From NCBI RefSeq assembly GCF_004010195.1, contig NC_057752.1, positions 5,634,971-5,698,970 of the forward strand: a stretch of 64,000 nucleotides of DNA, in the 5' to 3' direction. This DNA comes from Chiloscyllium plagiosum (lineage: Eukaryota). Below are positions 47,760 to 57,942 of the stretch, piece after piece. A program made the translations under genes and the position numbers. The first letter of the stretch is position 1, and every line of letters begins with the position of its first letter. Under the pieces are notes generated by a model that saw only the letters and a program-made list of their open reading frames with translations, ran no database searches and was not told the origin of the DNA.

Positions 47760-48700
47760 CTTGCAGAGTGTCTTTTACAACCAAGCTGGAATAATCCACG
47801 GAAGCAATTTAGCCGCACTAGAGGCAAAATGTCAATGGCAACGTGGTTATTGTTTCTCTGCAAGGCCCTTTAGCCACTTGTAATTAACTCTCTCAGCCCA
47901 TTTTAACGGCAAGAGAACAGCTTACCTTGTATGTCCCAGCCCCACTGCTTCCCTGCACATCACTCTGCATTCTAACGCTCCTGAGATACCCAGCCATAGC
48001 AACCGTGGCAGGGCCATTGCTAATCCCCAGGCACCGCACATTTTTGAACCAGTGCGCACCTACTTTCTGTTAAAAGACTCGCAGCTTAAATGCACGACAA
48101 ATAGCCAGTGGAAACAATCAAGACAATTCTGCACAGCCACGGGTGTCTAATGCAAATCTTCACGGGTAGGATGTGCGGCATTTCAGGCTTAATGAATTGT
48201 CCATCACTGCTTTCAGCTCCAGCTCAGGGCCTGAATTAATCTAGCAGGCTCAGCAGGAAGTCAGACACTAAGTCGCTATTTATTACACATCCATTGTAAC
48301 TAATTGATGTAATTAACACTGATTCCAATCCTTACAAACAATAGCTTATTCAGAGAGGAGCTGCCACGCAGTGCTATCCCATCCACTCAAATGACTTCAC
48401 TAGAATAGACTCCCCTCCGTGGACAAATTTATCCCAGTGTCTGATGGGATAGCCTGGAATTTCCCATCATCCTTTCTGACATGTCCTCTTTCTCCTCTTT
48501 TTGCTCCTGAATTAGATTAACCCATTTGTGCCCTCTATATTCTACCCCCAGTGCGCGCGCGCACACACACACACAATTAAACAATGCATTTATGGTGATG
48601 AAGTGTGATTTATGAAGAGCAACACAATTAGCCACTGTCGATGGTAGATTGATGCTGATGAGCATTCTATTTTTGAGGGAATGTGTTGTTCAAATTATGC
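47760..48700. promoter_or_regulatory. Repeat-free, motif-dense enhancer/CNE candidate
   Basis: RFX-type CCATAGCAAC (47994-48003), Sox AACAAT (48113-48118), octamer ATGCAAAT (48150-48157), many TAAT/TAATTA sites and retained CpGs. Confidence 0.4.
47926..48066 (-). other. Candidate 141-nt exon
   Basis: Acceptor TCTTTTAACAG| and donor AAG|GTAAGC. The phase-0 frame is fully open (KVGAHWFKNV...GAGTYK), and a second ATG-initiated frame is also open to the donor. Confidence 0.3.
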
Positions 48701-49259
48701 AAGCAAATGCCCAAACTCAGTTAAAATGCCAATTCCCTAACTCTTCCTCAGTTGCTTCTGGAAGAGTATCATGAATTTTGCTCTCTTGACTTGGTGTATG
48801 AGGAATTTGTGGCACAGTGGATAGCATCCCTGTACCTCTGAGCCAGGAGCTCTGGGTTAGAGTCCCACACTAGCACTTGTTGGCCATGGAAAGTGCGTTT
48901 CTATTGTGGCTAAACATGTTGATTGTCAGCTCGTAAATCCTCCCAATATGCAGGCAGTAAGAGGAGGAGAGCCTCCTGGTCGGCCATCTTGCACACTGCA
49001 ATGGCACACCACTGCAGTATTTGCCCATATGCTTAGATGGAAGTCTCACAAATGGAAATCCATAAAACAAGGAGGGGACAAAAGACAGACATAGTTGCTT
49101 TGTGGAAGTAGATTTTGTTTCAAATAACGTTTGGCTTCTGGAAAAGTGTAACTTGAGCTTTATTGCCAAATCAAAGATTTGAGTTTCTTCAGTGAATGAA
49201 GTAGACAGTTGAAGGGTATGCTCCTATCATCTGCCACAATCTTGGTACTTTCTTCCAAG

Positions 49260-49476
49260 TCAGAAGGTGGTGCTTGTATGGAATAAGCTGCTAGTGGAAG
49301 TGGTGGAGGCTAGTACAATTGCAACATTTAAAAGGCATTCGGATAAGTATATGAATAGGAAGGGTTTGGATATGAGCCGGGTGCTGGCAGGTGGGACTAG
49401 ATTGGGTTGTGATACCTGGTCGGCATGGACAAGTTGGACCGAAGGGTCTGTTTCCGTGCTGTACATCTCTATGACT
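49260..49476 (+). mobile_element. HER1/CR1 3'-end fragment
   Basis: GGTGGAGGCTAGTACAATTGCAACATTTAAAAGG...CTGTACATCTCTATGACTC. Confidence 0.88.
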
Positions 49477-49734
49477 CGTAAGTCCTCTCATGTTTAAATG
49501 CTGAACAATTAGAAGAATTCCAGCCGGAGTTTGGGGATCTGTGACTGATAGGGGGTTGGAACAATAAATCCTAAAACATCCAACTTTTCCAATAAGGTCT
49601 CCCTATTTCCTGTTGATGAAGTCCCCCTGTACTTGGATTGAATGCACAGGGAGTATGGCGTCAGCATTCATTGGCTGTCAGTTGAAAGATGAAACAACCA
49701 GTCACTATTAAAAACCTGCTGCTGACTGCTAATA

Positions 49735-50330
49735 GAATAGAATCATAGAACAGGTACTGCACAGAAGGAAACTAATTGAACTGTTGAGCCCACACCAGAA
49801 CAGTCAAGCCAGTCCTATTCCCCTGCCTTCTCTCCACAACTCTACGGCTTTCTCTCTCCAGATGCTTATTAATTCTCTTTTGAAAGCCATTATTGAACTT
49901 GCCTCTACCATACACTCTCAGGCTATGTATTCCAGATCCTAACCTCTCACTGCATAAAACTTTATTCTCCTGTCACTGTTGCTTCTTTTGCCAATCACCT
50001 TAAAACAGTGTCCTCTCATTCTCTGGGCACAGTTTCTGTCTATCTATTCTGTCCAGCCCCCTCATGATTTTGAGCACCTCAATCAAGACTCCTCTCAACC
50101 TTCTCTTCTCCAAGGAGAACAGCCCCAGATCCGCCATTCCATTCCTGACATAGCCGTTCTCTCAGACCTTTTCAGCGCCATCTCTAAAGCCTTCACATCC
50201 TTCCTAAAGTGCCTAGAATTAGATACAATCTTCCATTTAAGGCTAAGCCAGGAATTTATAAGCATTTGCCATAACTTGCTTGATTTCTACACTCTACCTC
50301 TATTTAAAAGGTCTGGATCCCAAATGTTCT
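49735..50330 (-). mobile_element. Older CR1 3' region
   Basis: ATAGAATCATAGAA tail and CCTCTCAACCTTCTCTTCTCCAAGGAGAAC (reverse strand FSLEKRRLR). Confidence 0.7.
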
Positions 50331-50739
50331 ATTCCTCTTCAAGAGGAATTCAGAGGGCAATCATCTTTGATTAGAGTTTGAAATGCAAGAACTTTGTGTA
50401 TTTTCACGTAAACTCCTGTGCTAAACACCTTAGCAGCCAGCCCTGAGAATGAGGGAGGTGCACCAAAGGGACAAATTCCATAAAGTTTCACTCTTGTTGG
50501 GAAATGATCACCTGACAAATGCCATGTTCCAGACTATCTTCACCTGGAAATGAAGTTGGAAAGAGCTCTCTGACACATTCACAGTCTCGTGATCAATGCA
50601 GTACATTAGCAGACAAATTACTCTTCCATCATACAAGGTGCAGCCCAAGTTGAGCTATTTGCTCCATGTGGAAGCCTCCTCTGAAGTCTTGGGTTGAACA
50701 ATAGAACAAGTTGACCTTCTGAGAGCTTCAAAAGAAAAT

Positions 50740-51985
50740 ATAGGTGTTAGACAAGGAGTTGGGATGTCATGTGACAGCTGTACAAGACTTTGAATTGAAT
50801 TAGCTTTATTGTCACATACTCATATGAATACAGTGAAAAGTTTACAAGTCACCATTTATGGTACCATCTTGGGTACAAAGGTATAAATTCTTGAGTACAA
50901 ATTCTTGGGTTTGAGTTCTATGGATACGCTGGGACTTTTTTTTTTACCTGGAGAGTTGGGAAAAAATCTTAGAAAAATAAATAAAGAAAAAGTCCTGCAT
51001 TACAAACCTTCAGAAGTCATAGTTATAAATGAGAAAAATAAAGAAATAAAATTTCAGAATAATAGTCCTTCCATGATAATATAATCAAGGAAAAGTAAAG
51101 AATATAAGACAAATTCCACTTAGTCCATTTCACAGCTCTGGGCCTGGGGGCTCACTCCCCCGCTGGAAACCTGGGCTGACCTACCATGATGCTGAAGGAA
51201 ACGCCACATGGAGCCACAGACTGACTGAAGCTGCCACAAGGCGATCCAGACCAATGCCGCTGAAAACAGCTGCCAAACGGAGTCCCAGGCTGGTCCAGAC
51301 CAACCATACCGCTGCAAAGATGCTGCAGAAGCCTCCAGGAAAACCCAGGCCATTGGAACCCCGGGCTTGGACCCTCCTTGTTTTCAACAGCTGCTGAAGC
51401 AGCCTAGTCGAAGGAACCACCAGAATACAGCCACGAGGAACTCCCCTACCATTGACAAGGTCACATTTTGAGGACTGCGTACAATTCTGGTTGCCCAGCT
51501 GTATGAAGAGTGGTATTAAACTGGAAAAGGATGCAATAAAGATTTACAAGGATGTTACCGGGACTGGAGAGTTTGAGGTCTATGGATAGGCTGGGACATT
51601 TTTCCCTGAAGAGTAGGAGGCTGAGGGGTGACCTTATAGAGGTTTATAAAGTCATGAGGGGCATGGATTGGGTGAATAGCCAAAGTCTTTTCTCAGGGCT
51701 TAGGTTTAAGGTGAAAGGGTCAAGATTTAAAAGGGACCTGAGGGGCAGAATTTTCACACAGAGGGTGGTGTGTGTATGAAACTGACTGCCAGAGGAAGTG
51801 GTAGAGGTGGGTACAATTACAACATTTAAAAGATATTTGGACAGGTGCATTGATAGAAAAGGTTTAGAGGGATATGGGCCAAATGCAGGCAAATGGGATT
51901 AGTTCAGTTTAGGAAACCTGGTCGGCATGGATAGGCTGCGCTGAAGTGTCTGTTTCTGTGCTGTATGACTCTATCACTCTATGAA
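50740..51985 (+). mobile_element. HER1/CR1 3' region interrupted by an unclassified repeat (~50790-51450)
   Basis: GGGATGTCATG...CTGTACAAGACTT resumes as ...CACATTTTGAGGACTGCGTACAATTCTGG at ~51455. [16 protein letters not shown]. Confidence 0.85.
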
Positions 51986-52044
51986 ATGGACCATATAAAG
52001 GCTTGGTATGAACTCACGATAAATACATTTTGTTTTTAATTTCT

Positions 52045-52395
52045 CAAAATCACAGAATTTTTTCAGCACACAAGGAGGCTATTTGGGCCACTGAAGGAAA
52101 ACTGGCTCCTCGAATAAGCAAATCTCTTGGTGATTCTGCCTTCTCCCCACAACCCTGTGCATTGTTCCTTTCCAGAGAGCAGTCTAATTCCCTTTGAATG
52201 CTTTGATTGAACCTGCCTCTACCACACTCTCAGGCAGCATATTCCAGATTTAACAACTCACCATGTGAGAAAATTTTTCCTTATATTACTTTTGTTTCTT
52301 TTGCCAATTACTTTAAATTTGTGCCCTTACATTCTCAATCTTTTTATGAATAGGAATGGTTTCTACTTATTCACTTTGTCCAGACCCTTCATGGT
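52045..52395 (-). mobile_element. Older CR1 3' end
   Basis: Similar to 49735-50070 (ACCACACTCTCAGGCAGCATATTCCAGAT). Confidence 0.65.
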
Positions 52396-55139
52396 TTCTC
52401 TTTGAAACATGTATTGTTAGGTCAAGGATTGAAATGGTCAAAAAGTGATATAATGTTATAAAAATAGAGCAATTCTGATTGAGTATATGGACTAGGTTCC
52501 CACCTTCAAGTCAGATGGCTGGAGGGGTAAACTTAAAGACTTGTAATTTTGCAGTTGACCCATTGCATTGTGGCAACAAATGGACCCTCCTGTCCACTCA
52601 ATGCTAATCTTTGCTTGCTTACTTCCCAAGTATCTCGGGATGTTTCCCTATGTTGAAGGCAGTGTTGGTTACTGTTAGTAGCTGCTAATCCGGAGGTTTA
52701 GCCCCACTCTTGGTCTCTCTACTGAAACCTCCTATGCCTGGAAGGCATAGTCTGTGCATTCAGGCCTTGTTTGAATAAAACTTTGAATAGCGTGCAGCAT
52801 TTGGTGATGGCTGTGTCCTTCCTGAGTTGTTCATACTGTAATGCTGCAGGGTTCTGGCTGTTCCCCAGGATGTTGGATATTTAAAGCAGCAGATGGCATG
52901 TTTGCTGGGACAGCATCTTGATGATCTTCCAAGTGGGAAGGTCATAGCAGCTCAACAGGGCATGTGATTTTTCTCTGTACTGTCTGAGTTTGTTGATGAA
53001 ATCCATTTGGCCATTCAGGCTTGCATCATATTACTGTGGCTACTAACACTCTACCTACTGTACTTCCAGAGTGGCATCTCCTCCTATTCATAGAAACCTG
53101 GAGATTTGCACGAGAAGCATTCTTGAGTTCCATCACCTGGACCCTGTCCTGTTAATCTGATGAAGTTCAGAGTTTTGTGTTCTCTCTTTCATAACATTTA
53201 AGTAGATCAAGCTGCAATGAATATAATACTAAAAACATTGAACATTTGTTTTCCTATGTGTTTTGGATAATTTGAAAGAGTCCTCCCATGGGACAGATAA
53301 CCACTTACTAGGAAGTTGTGCAGATAACACTTCTATAGACAACACTTTTTCTCTCTCTGAAGCTAACAGTGCTCATTATTTAGTCAAGTTATATTTGAAA
53401 CTCCATCCTGTCCCATGACTGTTCAACTGTGGGACTTAACCCATCATCAATCAATGGCTTCTGCAGTGGAGAGAAGCAGCAAAATAAAATCACAGTCTAT
53501 TGTTCAATGAATTTTTTCTTACTCTGTTTTTTACACAGTACAAGTTATTCAAAATGACAATTAATCTTGTTCCAGAGCTGTGTGATATGAACTACATTTC
53601 TAAGAGTTGTAGGCAGATACTCCAGTCATTTAATTAGTCAGTGTCAACATGTAGCAAAACTTGGACAACATCCAGGCTATCGAGTAACAAATGACATTTG
53701 CACCACACAAATAGCAGGCGATAACCAATGTTAAACAAGAGAGAATCTAAACGTGGCCCCTTGTTGTTCAATGACATTGCTATCACTGAATCGCCCATTC
53801 TTTGGGCAAGGGGTTTAGCATTGATCAGAAACTCAACTGGATCAAGTATATGCAGTACATACTATGGGTACAAGAACGGGTCAGAATCTGAAAATTCTGT
53901 GGTGAATAATTCACTGCGTAATGGAAAATTTTAGTTCTTAGTAAGGGGTTTGATATGCTGTAGTTGTTTTCTTTCGAACAGAGGTGCTCGAGGGAAGACC
54001 AAATTGTAAAATATTGGGGCCTGGATGGAGTGGATAGGAAGGGCCCACTTCCCTTAACAGGGTAATAACTAGCCTGCATAGATGTACAGTTATTAGTGAA
54101 AGATTAAGAGAGGCATTGAGGAGAACGTTTGTCACCCACAGTGTGGTAGGTGTCTGGAACTCACTGCCTGAAAGGATGGCAGAGGTAGAAAACCTGATCA
54201 CATCGCTGCACCCTACAGGGCTACTGATTCAAAGCTGAAAGGTACAATTTGGCAGGAATTCACTTTATCAGCCTGGACTGACATGGTGTGCCATAAGGTC
54301 TGGATTTTCCAATGCCCAGGCAGTCACTTCTGCAGCATAGATGGGAGTTGTGTATCAGGACCCTGTAGAATCTTTGATGTTGCAGACTCCAAGGGAATTA
54401 ATGATTGATGATTTCCCTATGCCTGAAATCTTCCAAAAGTATCTATTCAAATCGGACAATTTAAAAACCTAATTTAACTCCTGGTTAACTATTAAACTGA
54501 CCCCCTCACCCAACATACCTTGCACAACTCCTGATTACACCTCCCCAACAACTTTCATTCCCTGGTCCCTGACCCAACCCACCACCACCAGATCTGACAT
54601 GCCCATCTCCACTCAAGGAGAGCCACCCACCACCACCAGCAACCAAGACACTTCAAATCCCCACCTGCCCAGCCATCACCACCACCGGGAGCCCACAACA
54701 GCTCACCAGTGCCCCCACCCAGGGACCCAACATCACGCCCCTGCTCCAAGACTTAAGATTGCCCTCTTACCCCCCCCCCCCCCCCCCAACCTTCCCACCT
54801 TGTGGGACTGGACACTGCCCCCTCCTCTACCCCAGAACTGATTTTCCCCACTCACCCCAACCTACCCTAATCACTTAATCACTTAACTGGCATCCTTCTC
54901 ACACAGCCTCATTCAGGACATATCCTGAGCGAGGGACCCTAGGCCAGCTTACAACAAAACCCCGAAACAAAGTTGAGCCTCGGCCAAGTGGCTAAAATGT
55001 CCTTCAGGATCTGGGCTGGGAAGCCATTGTAGTTATTGCCAGTATGCGGATTCAAGACAGCAAAGGAGACCTAAGAGGCCTGACCTGAGTCAAAGAACTC
55101 ATAGGCCAGTTTCCAGGAGAGTGCACACCCTGGAAAGCC

Positions 55140-55895
55140 CACCTCCATCTGGTCTGGAACAGTTAAATTGCTTAGTGACATTCAAATCTGAACCGATCAA
55201 AATAAACATCTGGTAAAATGGTCACCCAGCTCTAATGGAGGTTGATACCATCGCAGCTGTATCAGTGATCGCAGAACCAGTCTTGAACAAAATTCACTCT
55301 GGACTCCAACCTTATGTTTGCACAGCACCTTGGTCAGACTGAGAACATATACCGGGGAACCTTTACAGATTAAGGGGGCAACTTTGGTTCCGGTCTCATA
55401 TGAGAAGCAGTTGCTGCAATTCCTACTGATTGTAGTAAAAGGCTCGGGCCCAAGCTTGATGGGGTGGAATTGGTTGAGAAAGATTCATCTTGATTGGCCC
55501 AACATTTTCCAATTAGAAAATGGCTGCCCGAGTGAGGTCTTAATTAAATACCTGGAGGTTTTTTTAAGGAAAGTCATGGGACGATCAAAGGCACCAAGGC
55601 CATCTTGCATATTGTCCAGGAAGCAATTCCATGATTCTGCAAGGCCCGTCCAGTGCCATTTGCCTTACAGGCAAAAGTAGAGCCAGAAATCAGGAGGCTT
55701 GAAAACGAAGAAATCATCAAACCCATCCAGTTTGTGGAATGTGTAGCAGCGGTTATGCCGGTTTTGAAGCCCGACAGGTCGGTACACCTTTGTGGGTATT
55801 TTAAACAAATGGTAAATGACTTCTAACAGCTGGATAATACCCCAATCCCTTGCGTAGAGAACTTGTACACAAAGTTGGTGGCGGAAGGAGAGGGG
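55140..55895 (+). mobile_element. Ty3/Gypsy LTR-retrotransposon pol relic (protease + RT N-terminus)
   Basis: MEVDTIAAVSVI (decayed DTGA protease site, ~55236), LRTYTGEPL, GPSLMGWNWL, VLKPDRSVHLCGYFK and YPIPCVENLYTKL. Confidence 0.85.
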
Positions 55896-55899
55896 AACA

Positions 55900-57250
55900 G
55901 TGAGAAACTGTAATGACTTCTTCAGGAGACAGATGCAAACTGCAACCGACAGGGTACCCTTCATTGTCCAGTACTTCCCAGGAGCCGAAAAACTACGCCA
56001 TGTTCTCCACAGCCTACAGCACATTATCAATGAGGATGAGCACCTCACCAAGACCTTCCCCAAGTCTCCACTTCTCATCTTTAAACAGCCACCAAAGCTC
56101 AAACAGATCATTGTCCGTAGCAAACTGCCCGGCTTTCAGGACATCACCATACAACCATGTCACGGCAGACACCGCAACACATGTCAGAGTGTCTACACGT
56201 ATACCACCATTACGCGTGGGGACTCCTCCCATCATGTACTTGGCAGGTACTCATGCGACTCAGCCAATGTTGTCTATCTCATATGGTGCAGGCAAGGATG
56301 TCCTGAGGCATGGTACATTGGTGAGACCAAACAGAGGCTATGGCAACAAATGAATGGACACCGCACAACAGTCAACAGACAGGAGTGTTCCCTCCCAATC
56401 GGAGAACACTTCAGCGGCCTGGGACATTCGACCTCGGACCTTTGGGTGACCGTCCTCTAAGGTGGACTTTGGGACAGGCAACAACGCAAAGTGGCCGAGC
56501 AGAGGCTGATAGCCAAGTTCAGTACCCATGGGAATGACCTCAACCGGGACCTTGGGTTCATTTCACACTATGGGTGACCCCACTGCAACACGCAACACAC
56601 ACACACACACACTCTGTCTCATTCATAAGCTCTCCCTCATATGCTCACATGTATGCACCCACACTCACTCTCTCATAGACTTATACCCCTTTACACTCGC
56701 ACACGTACACACAGTCTCTCACAAACACTCATAAGCTCCCCCACCCCCCCCCCCCCCCACCCCCGCACACACACCCACGTACAAGTTTGTGGGGTGAATT
56801 TGTACTTGCCGAATTGCACTTTATTTTGCTCAAAAACTACATTAATCCATGTAAGATTCTGTAAATCAATTTTTTAGATTAGAATCAGTCTAAACTTTAT
56901 GGCACAGACAGTCTCATACAGGGCACCTCACACCTTAAATGCATTATCTGGGCTGACATAACACCAATTGTTAAAGTTCACTTGAGAATGTAAGTTTTAA
57001 ATGTTCTGCGATTTACATATGAAAGAACTGAAACCAACATGTTCATTCTAAAAGATGAGAGATTTAACAAATAATCCAGGTCTTTTTCAATATATAATTT
57101 CAGTTACATCACACTGTAAACTTTTGCTATAGATTCTGTGTCTTACGATCTTATACTCTATTACCACCTGATGAAGGAGGAGCGCTCTGAAAGCTAGCAC
57201 TTCCAAATAAACCTGTTGGACTATAACCTGGTGTTGTGTGGTTTTTAACT
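55900..57250 (+). mobile_element. Second Penelope-like family (B): GIY-YIG endonuclease + long 3' UTR
   Basis: ORF 55900-56460 contains RVPFIVQYFP and YSCDSANVVYLIWCRQGCPEAWYIGETKQRL...MNGH...EHF. CA-rich tract and a terminal hammerhead. Confidence 0.9.
57163..57200 (+). ncRNA. Minimal hammerhead motif of PLE family B (partly decayed)
   Basis: CTGATGA (57168-57174), an extra A, stem II GGAG/CTCT, GAAA (57189-57192), palindromic AGCT and a CTA triplet. Confidence 0.6.
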
Positions 57251-57374
57251 AAATCCTTCTAATGAAAGCAAATGTTCTTTAAACAGTTTTATATGTACAT
57301 GATCACAGGATTACAAAGGAATGAGATCCTAATATTTATTAGAGTTAAGGCCTCCACCACACGCATGACATTAA

Positions 57375-57942
57375 GGGCGGCATGGTTACTCAGTGGTTAG
57401 CACTGCTGCCTCACAGCACCAGGGATCCAGGTTTGATTCCAGCCTCAGGCAACTGTGTGGAGTTTGCACATTCTTCCCGTGTCTGTGTGGGTTTCCTCCG
57501 GGTGCTCCTGTTTCCTCCCACAGTCCAAAGATGTGCGGGTTAGGTAGATTGGCCAGGCTAAGTTGTCCATAGTGTTAGGTGCATTAGTTAGAGGGAAAGG
57601 GGTCTGGGTGGGTTACTCTTCAAGGAGAAAGTGAGGACTGCAGATGCTGAAGATCAGAGCTGAAAATATGTTGCTGGAAAAGCACAGCAGGTCAGACAGC
57701 ATCCAAGGAACAGGAGAATCGACGTTTCGGGCATAAGCCCTTCTTCAGGAATGAGGAAAGTGTGTCCAGCAGGCTAAGATAAAAGGTAGGGAGGAGGGAC
57801 TTGGGGGAGGGGCATTGGAAATACGATAGGTGGAAGGAGGTTAAGGTGAGGGTGATAGGCCGGAGTGGGGTTACTCTTCAGGTCAGTGTGGACTTGTTGG
57901 GCCAAAGGGCCTGTTTCCACACTGTAGGGAATCTAATCTAAT
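57375..57942 (+). mobile_element. HE1-type V-SINE interrupted by a PLE fragment
   Basis: Head, V-domain and TAATC tail. The body is split at 57622/57868. Confidence 0.92.
57623..57867 (-). mobile_element. 245-bp tailed PLE pLTR insertion with an intact hammerhead core (57717-57752)
   Basis: TSD GGGTTACTCTTCA (57610-57622 / 57868-57880). Reverse complement ATTCCTGAAGAAGGGCTTATGCCCGAAACGTCGATT. Confidence 0.92.

Noticed and set aside
54555..54900. Pro/His-rich and Trp/Gly-rich ORFs
   Set aside because: Low-complexity C-rich tract, probably the interior of a decayed repeat. No coding evidence.
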